A DNA stretch of 64,000 bases from assembly GCF_036588685.1 (NCBI RefSeq), contig NC_086377.1, positions 39,742,001 to 39,806,000 of the forward strand, read 5' to 3'. Numbering within the stretch: the first letter of the stretch is position 1; each line of letters starts with the position of its first letter. This stretch comes from Mytilus trossulus (taxonomy: Eukaryota). The position numbers were made by a program, and so were the translations under genes. Positions 51,663 to 64,000 of this stretch are shown piece by piece. The notes beneath the pieces are model-generated. The model did not search any database and was not told the origin of the DNA. It saw only the letters and a program-made list of their open reading frames with translations.

Positions 51663-54600
51663 AGTAGACAATTTTGCTTGTATATTATATCATAACGGTA
51701 TTAGCAAATGAAAGAAAAAAGTACACACTTTCTCAAATCTAAATAAAAGTGCGGATTATGAGAAAATCTGTCTGTTTTCATGAACATGAAAAACATACAA
51801 GAAAAACAAATACTTAGTATAGAAAAACATATCAAATTAATAATTTTATGTTACAATTGTGAAATTTTTGCCATTAAATGTGTTGCAACGGGAACAAGCA
51901 GTCTATTTGTATATTCTATGTGTAGTTACTGAAAAATTTTGAAAAAAAATATTTTGATGACCTTAGATACATATAGCAGTATACAATTTTTCATACATTA
52001 TGCAGGTTTTGTTGTGTTTGTGAAATAAAAATAATAATCCAGGTAGAATTAGTGAAGTGTTGCCAAAGTAACAAAAAATAATATGCATAAAATTGAATAA
52101 TGTTCAAAACATTACGGTAACCTTAATTTCTCATACAAGAACTCAGATCTGTAAGTTTTCCATTCAATGCATTTTCAAAGAATAATGATTTCTTCCAGTC
52201 AGTCCATCATTTATTATTAAAATTATGTAGTGAAGATAAAGATCAAATTGCAACTTGGTGTTGAAAGTTGAAATTATAGCCGCTAGCTCTAAACAATTTA
52301 TACACACAATAACATTTGATCTTAGTGTTTTGACGCCATTTTTAACGCCATGGCCGCCAGTTTTTTTAAAACTTTATTTAGGGAAGAAGCTGGGTTGCTT
52401 CACGAAAACAACCGACCTTCGATAGGAAAACAAACAATCCTAGTCATTTAAGATTGGAGTCGAGTGTACCCGCACGAGCGGGGTTCGAACTCTCGACTTT
52501 AGTGTTGACTAGCTAGGGTTGAAAAATTATATATAAATGAAATTTGACCGGAAAACTTTTCCTTTATTATCAGCTGTAAAATGTACTATGCATTCATAAA
52601 TTGAATGTTGAATTGACATAACATGTAAAGCCATACATTTTGAACAATATTGTATTATTTAATGGTAGGTGTTTATCAACACATCAATTTTATCATGTAT
52701 TAGAAAGGAAAAAAAAAGAGAAGATCAATTAATTTCACCTTCAAACAAATCACTGAATGTCCACTTCATACATGTGATAAGTAAAACAAAATTAAAGTCG
52801 AACAATGCAAAAATTTGCAATTTAATACCTTATAAAGTTATAACACAGACTGCCACTTCACGCTTCAATTTTATCTCTCTTTTCCCTCTGACCTTGAAGG
52901 AATACTATTATGCCGATGCAAAGATTTTCCGATGAGTACATTTACAAAAAAGGAGTACGAAACAGAATAAACATTCAGGTAAATTGTGTTTTTTTTTATG
53001 AGCACATGTTTCTTTATTCATACACAAGGTATTTTTTTACTTTCAATTCGTGTCTGTCATAGTATTATGTACTGGCAGAATTTTTTTTTATATAGATAAA
53101 AAAGAGGGGCGAAATATACCAGAGGGACAGTCAAACTCATAGATTTAAAATGAATTGGCAACACCAATAAAATATAAAGACAAACAGACAAATAATAGTA
53201 CACAAGACACAACAAAGAAAACTAAAGACTAAGCATCACGAACCCCACAAAAAACCGGGTGTGATCTCAGGTGCTCCGGAAGGGTTGGCAGATCCTGCTC
53301 CACATGTTGCACAACTATATACAAGCTCCATACAAGGAGATATTGGCCTGAAAGAAGTGTATTGACCGAGGACGAACTTTTTGCGTATGAACCACTTTAT
53401 GCACCATTTAAATAAAAACAACAGCACTTACCATACATGTCTGGAATCTGTATACTTTATCCATAGCCGTTGAAAACATGAATTCAATAAGTACTATATA
53501 TTGTAAAAGAAAACTTCTTTGAAAAACCCACAACAGATGATAAATTTGAAGCTCTATATATCTTTGAAAAACACAATTTCTACATTATGGTGTACTTCTC
53601 CATATGCATTTACGCGCATACTTTCCAAGATAGCCCTCTCATTATTGCATAGAAATTGTAAGATTGATATTCAACAAACCGTATTATGTAATTTTAATAT
53701 TTTAAACAAGACTGTGTTCATCGTATACAGATGTCCCTCTCGAACTATCATTTTTCATGTTCAGTTCACCGTGAAATTGGTGGTCAAATCTCTAATTTGT
53801 CATTAAAATTATAAAGATCATATCTTTGATAACATGTGTACTTTGTTTTCAACTTCAACTTTGTCAAATACGACCTTGATCAAACTTTAACTTGAAGTGG
53901 GACAAATGGACAAACGAACAAACGGACGAACGGGTCAACGGGCGAACGAATAGACGGACGGACAGACAACTAAATAACCAAACGATCGAACGGGCGGACA
54001 GACAACTAAATAACCGGACGATCGAACGGACGGATTGACGAACGAACGTACGAATGTCCGAACGAACAGACATACAGACCGAAAACAGGATCTCCTTAAG
54101 TGAGGATTAAAAATTGTGTACTAAAGTTTGTTTTAATGTATGACAATATGTTACATTGATAATATCATGTATACAGGATAACTGTGTGCTGTCCATGATA
54201 TTATACGATCACATTACGACCTTGATGTAACAGTTATGTCACGTTCCACATCTAGTTCATGTTTGTAAGTTTCTGCAAAGAATGTATAGTAATTTATTGA
54301 GTTTATTTAATTATTTAGGTTGGTTTATATGCGAAATGTGTCGGATGAAACAATAATAGAAACATACGCGTATCTAAAGAATGATATACCGAGCTAGATT
54401 GAAAATTTGTAGCATTTTAACACAAAGGGATAAACGCTTTTTTGGTAAAATTTTAATAATCAAAAAAATATATACATTGTATCGTGAAACAAAATCGCCA
54501 GACTTCAACCTATACTTAAATGAGTAATCAACATGTTGAACTCAGATATTCAAAAACTATTAAAGGCTGTTTTCGAATATGACACACAAACTTTTCCTTA

Positions 54601-55117
54601 AATGTATACAACTATTTATGGAATTTTAATTACAAACAACAGTGCTTGTAAGCTAAATGGTTTAGATTATCAAAACATTGTAAGTAGCTTTTCATTTTGG
54701 AAATCAATAGATATACAACGATTGATGCCCTTCGATGTTTTTGGAAGTTTTTGTTTGTCATGTTATATTTTATCTTCATCATAATTATATGAGTAGAATG
54801 AAAAACTATATTACATTGAACTAAATGATATAACAATATATGCATATACAGTTATATTATCATTTGGACACTTTTAGGGAATTTCCCGCAAGTCTCATGT
54901 CTTACGTGCACAGTATAAAAAAAGATAATTGCGTAAAACTGTATTAACATTTTGTATTTAGTGCAACAAAAAAAAGTGTATAAGGTCATATGATTTAAAT
55001 CAACATCGAAGAATATTCGTAATAATAAATGTTAATCATTTCGTAATGAAATTTACCGTCATGTTGGTGGTATATAAGAATGAAAGCTTTCTCATTCTTT
55101 TATTAAACAGCTTAAAC

Positions 55118-56248
55118 ATGGCATCTAATGTTGTTTTCGAAGATGCCGTTGGTGACCTATCCTTTGCTTTATACAATGCAGTGGAAAAAAGTGGGAATGA
55201 ATTGATTTCTCCATACAGTATAACAAGTGCATTGATGCTTCTTATGCTCGGGACTGGTGGTACTACACACAAACAAATGAGATCTTCATTGTTCAAACAA
55301 AACATAGCTGGTGATGTCAACATGGGGTACAAACTTCTCAACGATAAACTGTCCTTACTAACAGAGAAAGGAGTACAGCTTTCGATTGGTAACAGACTTT
55401 TTGGGGATAACAAATTAAACGTTTTGAACACATTTACGGTGAATGCTTTACAGTACTACGGTAGCGATTTGAAACGCCTGAACTTTAAATCAGCACCTGA
55501 TCAATCAAGAATCAACATCAATAGTTGGATTGCTAACTCAACGAACGATAAAATAAAGAATATGTTGCCACCTAATACTATAACTTCAGGAACTGTTTTG
55601 GTTTTAGTAAATGCAATTTACTTTAAAGGTACTTGGAATAAAGTGTTTAACCCGAATAAAACAAGAAAGAGGAATTTTCTGGACGAATCTAACCAGCAAA
55701 AACAAGTAGATATGATGTATGACCAACGCTTTGTCGTAGCCGGTGAGAATACCGAATTGAATTGCAAGATTTTGCAACTTCAATACACAGGAAGTAAATT
55801 ATCTATGATAATTATTTTACCCAATGATCAAAATGGACTTTCTCAACTTGAAAGTAAAATAAATATGGCAACATTTAAAAGTCTGTTTTCTGGAATGAGG
55901 CGACGAGATACAATAATCAGAATTCCAAAATTTAAATTTCAAGCTATGTATGATTTAAAACCAGTAATTTCAGCATTAGGAATTACTGAAATATTTGACT
56001 TTCAGACAGCAAATTTCTCAAATATGACCACCCCAAAAGGAGTTTTTGTAAATGACGCTCGCCATAAGTCATTTATAGAAGTCACAGAACATGGTACGGA
56101 AGCTGCTGCTGCTACAACAGTTCAGATGGTGATGACAAGTTCATTTGGCGGACCATTTCAGTTTGTAGCTGACCATCCATTTATGTTTGTCATACGTGAT
56201 AATAATTCAGGGACTATTCTGTTTGTTGGACGGTTTGTTAACCCATGA
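55118..56248 (+). CDS. Serpin, 376 aa, copy 2 (possible in-frame extension from 55046)
   Basis: 5 aa differences from copy 1; same RCL. Confidence 0.97.
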   Translation: MASNVVFEDAVGDLSFALYNAVEKSGNELISPYSITSALMLLMLGTGGTTHKQMRSSLFKQNIAGDVNMGYKLLNDKLSLLTEKGVQLSIGNRLFGDNKLNVLNTFTVNALQYYGSDLKRLNFKSAPDQSRININSWIANSTNDKIKNMLPPNTITSGTVLVLVNAIYFKGTWNKVFNPNKTRKRNFLDESNQQKQVDMMYDQRFVVAGENTELNCKILQLQYTGSKLSMIIILPNDQNGLSQLESKINMATFKSLFSGMRRRDTIIRIPKFKFQAMYDLKPVISALGITEIFDFQTANFSNMTTPKGVFVNDARHKSFIEVTEHGTEAAAATTVQMVMTSSFGGPFQFVADHPFMFVIRDNNSGTILFVGRFVNP

Positions 56249-58221
56249 ACGAATATAAAGTAAAATTTGTCAGCTTTAATTCATATTAAATTGTTGTATT
56301 TCTATTATAAACATAACCTCAATCAATATTGCATTATCTTATTTGAGGTGACTAGATTATAGCGCGTCACGAACATGAACAGTAATGCTGAACAGTGGTG
56401 TAGTCTGTTGGTTTTTTTCCATTCTATTTTGCGATGGATGTTTTTCGCTTATAGTTAAATATTTTCGCAACTTTTCAATTCCTGAGTGTGATCTAACATG
56501 TTTACATGTTTTTATTTTTTATTTTTATTGCATACACAGTTCATCTCATAATTCGATTTCTTTTATCTATAGTAATGATTAAGATACAGCAATATCATTT
56601 ATACAGAAATATATAATCAACATAATAAAAACACTACCTTTAGAAAACACATAAACTTGCATAAATTCGAAGAGCTTTAAAAGATCCACTAGACCTGTAC
56701 AGTTTTTTTCTGTTTCAATTAAACGAAAACCTTCCAACATACACGAGTTTGCATACCAAAACACGACGGGTGTCACGTGTGTGTCTCTTGAAAGCCTGAC
56801 TGCGATCACCTCCGATATAAGGTGTGTATATGTGATCCATGATTTGATGTTTTTTGCCATGTAATTTTTCATTGAAAATAAATATATAAGAGAAAGGAAC
56901 ACTTTTATGATTTTACTAAATATATACATCCAAAAAATGTAATTTAATAACTGATAATTTATATCAATGATCAATCATTATCACATGTATCCCCTTTTTG
57001 GGTGGTTTACATTAGTTAAAACATAAACTCACCATAGTTTGTTGCGGACACTTGAATTAAAGTCAGCCATGAATTCATAAATGCCATAGTTTTAATATTT
57101 TAATGATGCAAAATGTATCTTATTGTTTTGTTACCATGGGTACGAAATGCTTAGTTTTTTTCTGTGAAATTAACTTTTTCAATCTTTTTTAATACAATTG
57201 TTTCAAATCCTTATTCGGCAGTCAGACAAAAATGAGTAAATATACAATTTGTAGAAATATTTGTTATCATGACATTTAAAACCTAGTCATGCATGACTGT
57301 ATTAATGTTTTGACTGTGTTGCTATGGAAACAATTTCATGATGATATCCAAACGTGTATTTAAAGATCACGAAAGAAATAAAGATAACACAACCTCCGAT
57401 AAATTAAGTTTTACATACTTGGTATATATATGTAAAGCTCGGAATCGCTTTCATTCCACAAACATATCCATTTGACGTCGCTGAACTGCAAAACATGTCT
57501 AGTTGCTGAAAAGCGCAAAAACATGTCTTTTTTATGAACACTCAATTGTATCTATTTTTTAAACGCCATTTCGTGTACTTTCCCCTTAAACGTAGCATAT
57601 GAGGTCAAAAGCATCTCCTATTTAAAACGACAAGAAAACTACCCTTAAATGTAGTATAAGGCTTATCCGGAGTAAATTAACACAAATTAATTTGCTAAGA
57701 AAGCAGTGAACAAAACTGTACAAATTCGTTAATTGCAATTTTTACATTTGCTCTATATGCATGAAATATTTCCTTCTAGACAGTGATCAATCAACAAGCA
57801 ATAGTTAATTATGCAATGCTAATAAATCACCACAATAATGAAGCATTGGGTAAACTTCCAACATTAAAAGTACATCCATATTCAATTTAAAACGATGAGA
57901 ATCATATTTATAAAATGATTAATAAAAAAGCTCTAAGTAGAAATAACTTTTTATTGTGTCATTCTTTTCGTTATCTGGTATCTGTTTATTTATAAGCAGA
58001 AATCACTGTACAGTGTTTAACATAAATTGGACATTTGTCTATACGGATTACACATTTTGAGAAGTCTTGCGTTCTAACGCTTTTGCGAATTACAATCATC
58101 GGACATTTTTGTGCGAATGATAATTTTAAAGACACATGTGGGCGAAATAAAAACGTTTTGGGAATTGGACACTTTTAAGGGGATGGACACGTTTGGGAGA
58201 GTTACATAAGTAGACAATTTT

Positions 58222-58517
58222 AGTTTAGTTTAAACATATTTATCTATAGTGGATTGGGAAACAAGTTTTGATACTCAAATTAATCCCTTTCCATTTTAGC
58301 GGCTTTAGCCTGCTCTTTTCGAAATCTACAAGGGTGTCGTTTATGTGCAAGAGATAAGGCTCTCTCTTAACATGGGCCAGCCATTTATCGTCCCCTTACG
58401 ACGGACTACCATAGTTTCCTCAAGACCATACTCGCAAATGGTGTCAAAGGAGAGCCGAAAATTCAGTCCCTGAAATTTTCATCCTGGAACGGGAATCGAA
58501 CCAGGAACCTCTGTGAT
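58222..58517 (-). mobile_element. Paralogous copy of the SINE at 51367-51662
   Basis: Same sequence; TSD at 58209-58221 and 58518-58530. Confidence 0.8.
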
Positions 58518-61500
58518 AGTAGACAATTTTTCTAGTATATTATATCATAACGGTATTAGCAAATGAAAGAAAAAAGTACACACTTTCTCAAATCTAAATA
58601 AAAGTGCGGATTATGAGAAAATCTGTCTGTTTTCATGAACATGAAAAACATACAAGAAAAACAAATACTTAGTATAGAAAAACATATCAAATTAATAATT
58701 TTATGTTACAATTGTGAAATTTTTGCCATTAAATGTGTTGCAACGGGAACAAGCAGTCTATTTGTATATTCTATGTGTAGTTACTGAAAAATTTTGAAAA
58801 AAAATATTTTGATGACCTTAAATACATATACCAGTATACAATTTTTCATACATTATGCAGGTTTTGTTGTGTTTGTGAAATAAAAATAATAATCCAGGTA
58901 GAATTAGTGAAGTGTTGCCTAAGTAACAAAAAATAATATGCATAAAATTGAATAATGCTCAAAACATTACGGTAACCTTAATTTCTCATACAAGAACTCA
59001 GATCTGTAAGTTTTCCATTCAATTCATTTTCAAAGAATAATGATTTCTTCCAGTCAGTCCATCAATTATTATTAAAATTATGTAGTGAAGATAAAGATCA
59101 AATTGCAACTTGGTGTTGAAAGTTTGAAATTATAGCCGCTAGCTCTAAACAATTTATACACAATAACATTTGATCTTAGTGTTTTGACGCCATTTTTAAC
59201 GCCATGGCCGCCAGTTTTTTTTTAAACTTTATTTAGGGATTAAGCTGGGTTGCTTCACGAAAACAACCGACCTTCGATAGGAAAACAAACAATCCTAGTC
59301 ATTTAAGATTGGAGTCGAGTGTACCCGCACGAGCGGGGTTCGAACTCTCGACTTTAGTGTTGACTAGCTAGGGTTGAAAAATTATATATAAATGAAATTT
59401 GACCGGAAAACTTTTCCTTTATTATCAGCTGTAAAATGTACAATGCATTCATAAATTGAATGTTGAATTGACATAACATGTAAAGCCATACATTTTGAAC
59501 AATATTGTATTATTTAATGGTAGGTGTTGATCAACACATCAATTTTATCATGTATTAGAAAGGAAAAAAAAAGAGAAGATCAATTAATTTCACCTTCAAA
59601 CAAATCACCGAATGTCCACTTCATACATGTGATAAGTAAAACAAAATTAAAGTCGAACAATGCAAAAATTTGCAATTTAATACCTTATAAAGTTATAAAC
59701 AAGACTGCCACTTCACGCTTCAATTTTATCTCTCTTTTCCTTCTGACCTTGAAGGAATACTGTTATGCCGGTGCAAAGATTTTCCGATGAATACATTCAC
59801 AAAAAAGGAGTACGAAACAGAATACATTCAGGTAAATTGTGTTTTTTTTATGAGCACATGTTTCTTTATTCATACACAAGGTATTTTTTTACTTTCAATT
59901 CGTGTCTGTCATAGTATTATGTGCTGGCAGAAAAATTTGTTATATAGATAAAAGAGGGACGAAAGATACCAGAGGGACAGTCAAACTCATAGATTTAAAA
60001 TGAATTGGCAACGCCAATAAAATATAAAGACAAACAGACAAATAATAGTACACAAGACACAACAATGAAAACTAAAGACTAAGCATCACGAACCCCACCA
60101 AAAACCGGGGGTGATCTCAGGTGCTCCGGAAGGGTTGGCAGATCCTGCTCCACATGTTGCACAACTATATACAAGCTCCATACAAGGAGATATTGGCCTG
60201 AAAGAAGTGTATTGACCGAGGACGAACTTTTTGCGTATGAACCACTTTATGCACCATTTAAATAATAACAACAGCACTTACCATACATGTCTGGAATCTG
60301 TATACTTTATCCATAGCCGTTGAAAACATGAATTCAATTAGCACTATATATTGTAAAAGAAAACTTCTTTGAAAAACCCACAACAGATGATAAATTTGAA
60401 GCTCTATATATCTTTGAAAAACACAATTTCTACATTATGGTGTACTTCTCCATATGCATTTACACGCATACTTTCCAAGATAGCCCTCTCATTATTGCAT
60501 AGAAATTGTAAGATTGATATTCAACAAACCGTATTATGTAATTTTAATATTTTAAACAAGACTGTGTTCATCGTATACAGATGCCCCTCTCGAACTATCA
60601 TTTTTCATGTTCATTTCACCGTGAAATTGGTGGTCAAATCTCTAATTTGTCATTAAAATTATAAAGATCATATCTAGGCTAACATGTGTACTTTGTTTTC
60701 AACTTCAACTTTGTCAAATACGACCTTGATCAAACTTTAACTTGAAGTGGGACAAATGGACAAACGAACAAACGGACGAACGGGCCAACGGGCGAACGAA
60801 TGGACGGACGGACAGACACCTAAATAACCAAACGATCGAACGGACGGACAGACAACTAAATAACCGGACGATCGAACGGACGGATTGACGAACGAACGAT
60901 CGAATGTCCGAACGAACAGACGTACAGACCGAAAACAGGATTTCCTTAAGTGGGGATTAAAAATTGTGTACTAAAGTTTGTTTTAATGTATGACAATATA
61001 TTACATTGATAATATTACGTATACATGATAACTGTGTGCTGTCCATGATATTATACGATCACATTACGACCTTGATGTAACAGTTATGTCACGTTCCACA
61101 TCTAGTTCATGTTTGTAAGTTTCTGCAAAGAATGTATAGTAATTTATTGAGTTTATTTAATTATTTAGGTTGGTTTATATGCGAAATGTGTCGGATGAAA
61201 CAATAATAGAAACATACGCGTATCTAAAGAATGATATACCGAGCTAGATTGAAAATTTGTAGCATTTTAACACAAAGGGATAAACGCTTTTTTGGTAAAA
61301 TTTTAATAATCAAAAAAATATATACATTGTATCGTGAAACACAATCGCCAGACTTCAAGCTATACTTAAATGAGTAATCAACATGTTGAACTCAGATATT
61401 AAAAAACTATTAAAGGCTGTTTTCGAATATGACACACAAACTTTTCCTTAAATGTATGCAACTATCTATGGAACTTTAATTACAAACAATAGTGCTTGTA

Positions 61501-61967
61501 AGCTAAATGGTTTAAATTATCAAAACATTGTAAGTCGCTTCTCATTTTGGAAATCAATAGATATACAACGATTGATGCCCTTCGATGTTTTTGGAAGTTT
61601 TTGTTTGTCATGTTATATTTTATCTTCATCATAAGTATATGAGTAGAATGAAAAACTATATTACATTGAACTAAATGATATAACAATATATGCATATACA
61701 GTTATATTATCATTTGGACACTTTTAGGGAATTTCCCGCAAGTCTCATGTCTCACGTGCACAGTATAAAAAAAGATAATTGCGTAAAACTGTATTAACAT
61801 TTTGTATTTAGTGCAACAAAAACAAGTGTATAAGGTCATATGATTTAAATCATCATCGAAGAATTTGCGTAATAATAAATGTTAATCATTTCGTAATGAA
61901 ATTTACCGTCATTTTGGTGGTATATAAGAAAAAAAGCTTTCTCATTCTTTTATTAAACAGCTTAAAC

Positions 61968-63095
61968 ATGGCATCTAATGTTGCCTTCGAAAATGCCGTT
62001 GGTGACTTGTCCTTTGCTTTGTACAATGCAGTGGAAAAAGGTGGGAATGAATTGATTTCTCCATACAGTATAACAAGTGCATTGATGCTTCTTATGCTCG
62101 GAACAGGTGGTACTACACACAAACAAATGAGATCTTCACTATTTAATCAAAACATAGTTGGTGATGTCAACATGGAGTACAAACTTCTCAACGAAAGGCT
62201 GTCCTCACTTACAGGGAATGGAGTACAGCTTTCGATTGGTAACAGACTTTTTGGAGATAACAAATTAAATGTTTTGAACACATTTACGGAGAATGCTTTA
62301 CAGTACTACGGTAGCGATTTGAAACGCCTGAACTTTAAATCAGCACCTGATCAATCAAGAATCAACATCAATAATTGGATTGCTAACTCAACGAACGATA
62401 AAATCCAGAATATGTTGCCACCTAATACTATAACTTCAGGAACTGTTATGGTTTTAGTAAATGCAATTTACTTTAAAGGTCCTTGGAATAAAGAGTTTAA
62501 CCCGAATAACACAACAAAGAGGAATTTTCTGGACGAATCTAACCAGCAAAAACAAGTAGATATGATGTATGACCAACGTAATGTGGTGGCCGGTGAAAAC
62601 ACTGAGTTGAATTGCAAGATTCTGCAACTTCAATATACAGGGAATAATTTATCAATGATATTTGTATTACCGAATGATGCAAATGGACTTCCTCAACTTG
62701 AAAGTAAAATTACTATGACAAAATTTAAAAGTCTGTTTTCCGGGATGTGGCGACGGGATACAATAATCAGAATTCCAAAATTCAAATTTGAAGCTAAGTA
62801 TGATTTAAAACCGGTACTCTCAGCATTAGGAATTACTGAAATATTTGACTTGCAGACGGCAAATTTCTCAAAGATGACAGCCTTAAAACCAGTTTATGTA
62901 AATGACGCCCGTCATAAGTCATTTATAGAAGTTACAGAACAGGGAACAGAAGCTGCTGCTGCTACAACGTTAGGAGTGATGGGAGGGTCAGCTGGCGGAC
63001 CATTTCAGTTTGTAGCTGACCATCCATTTATGTTTGTCATATGGGATAACAATTCGGGAACTATTCTGTTTGTTGGACGGTACGCAAACCCCTAA
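61968..63095 (+). CDS. Serpin, 375 aa, copy 3 with divergent reactive-centre loop (possible extension from 61896)
   Basis: Serpin signatures intact; RCL EQGTEAAAATTLGVMGGSAGG, predicted P1-P1' Gly-Ser. Confidence 0.97.
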   Translation: MASNVAFENAVGDLSFALYNAVEKGGNELISPYSITSALMLLMLGTGGTTHKQMRSSLFNQNIVGDVNMEYKLLNERLSSLTGNGVQLSIGNRLFGDNKLNVLNTFTENALQYYGSDLKRLNFKSAPDQSRININNWIANSTNDKIQNMLPPNTITSGTVMVLVNAIYFKGPWNKEFNPNNTTKRNFLDESNQQKQVDMMYDQRNVVAGENTELNCKILQLQYTGNNLSMIFVLPNDANGLPQLESKITMTKFKSLFSGMWRRDTIIRIPKFKFEAKYDLKPVLSALGITEIFDLQTANFSKMTALKPVYVNDARHKSFIEVTEQGTEAAAATTLGVMGGSAGGPFQFVADHPFMFVIWDNNSGTILFVGRYANP

Positions 63096-64000
63096 ATGAA
63101 TACATATTAAAGAACATCAGATCTGAAAATAAACAGTCAGACTGATATTTTAACAAGAAGATTGTCAATAAAATGTACTATCAAGTATAAATTATAGAAA
63201 TTAATTTCACATAAAATTGGATTACTTTTATTATGTACATTTACTACAATTAATAGTGCATTATTTTAACAAAGTTATAGCACGTTTTAAGTTTGGGACT
63301 CATTAGCCAACTCCTGCATATGATTAACGGTCTTCATCTCTTTGTCACTGATTTAATTTTTATTTCACATAATCTGGACCAATCCCTTAATTTAGTTTAC
63401 ACTGCCGAAAAAAGCTGGGTTCATCCCTAAAGTTCTTTAAAGAAGTGAGTCTGGCTTTTTAAGTAAGCTTTGAGTTTCGATCTCATGGTATTTTTTTTCA
63501 ATGCTAGTACAAATATTGATTATATAGGTATTGCGAGAAATTTTAATTCCTCGTACTGTAAATAACGTTTTGAACAGTACCAACTAAATTTCAGGTATGA
63601 TTGCCAATGAGTCAACTCTCCACAAGAGACCAAATGACACAGAAGTTAACAACTATAGGTCACTGTACGGCCTTTAATGATGAGATTTTCCGTGTTGTGG
63701 TCTCTATCATAATATTTATCTTGTGTTTGTTTGTTTTTTCTTTTATTTTGACACATCGATGTAAGTATAATTTCGACTTGTGAGTTTGCGTGTTCCTTTG
63801 GTACAATGAATCTTATTCTAATAAAATTCAAAAAAAAATCATCAATAAAATAGATTTAGTAATAAATTACATTAACATGATTACACACATAAAAAAATCC
63901 GAAGATGTGGTATGATTTCCAATAAGAGAAAACTCACCACTAGAGACCAAATGACGTAGAAGTTAGCAACTGTTGTTCACTGTACAGTTTTTACCAATAT

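Larger units (their letters stand above)
33480..63095 (+). repeat. Tandem segmental duplication of a serpin-plus-spacer unit (~6.5, 7.0 and 6.85 kb)
   Basis: ATG-to-ATG distances 14296 (6485 without the 7.8-kb element and its TSD), 6997 and 6850; spacers alignable throughout. Confidence 0.95.

Noticed and set aside
51649-51669. gaacctctgtgatagtagac resembles satellite gaacctctgtggtggtcagac, hinting at a tRNA/SINE origin of the satellite
   Set aside because: Only 11 identical nt within the SINE and the rest overlaps the TSD; no convincing A/B box pair in the monomer

Overview
AT-rich eukaryotic genomic DNA with spliced genes. It is most likely a mussel or other bivalve (Mytilus-like); this is inferred from the repeat families and gene types, not from a search. 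In order, the window holds: (1) the last two exons of a C-type-lectin-domain gene (176-2503); (2) a degenerate, internally deleted LINE (~3884-5855, minus strand); (3) a ~15 kb multi-exon gene for a type-I membrane protein (10522-25929) with signal peptide, SRCR domain, ten 171-nt TSP1 exons, TM helix and a Tyr-motif/15-aa-repeat tail, which carries a Cys-to-TGA nonsense codon and a probable 1-nt frameshift; (4) a tandem cluster of four serpins with intronless CDS, namely a pseudogene at 33825 and intact ORFs at 48121, 55118 and 61968, in ~6.5-7 kb duplication units, where the two middle copies look like unequal-crossover chimeras of the outer two; (5) in the first serpin spacer, a 7.8 kb non-autonomous Foldback/MULE-like element (37376-45177). 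This element has ~650-bp terminal inverted repeats and a perfect 9-bp target-site duplication, with empty sites visible in the paralogous spacers. Its interior is almost entirely a 173-bp ApaI-site satellite (~34 copies forward, ~3 inverted, with a 7-mer higher-order repeat). The rest is SINEs, MITEs and other interspersed repeats. Most short ORFs in the supplied track are spurious.
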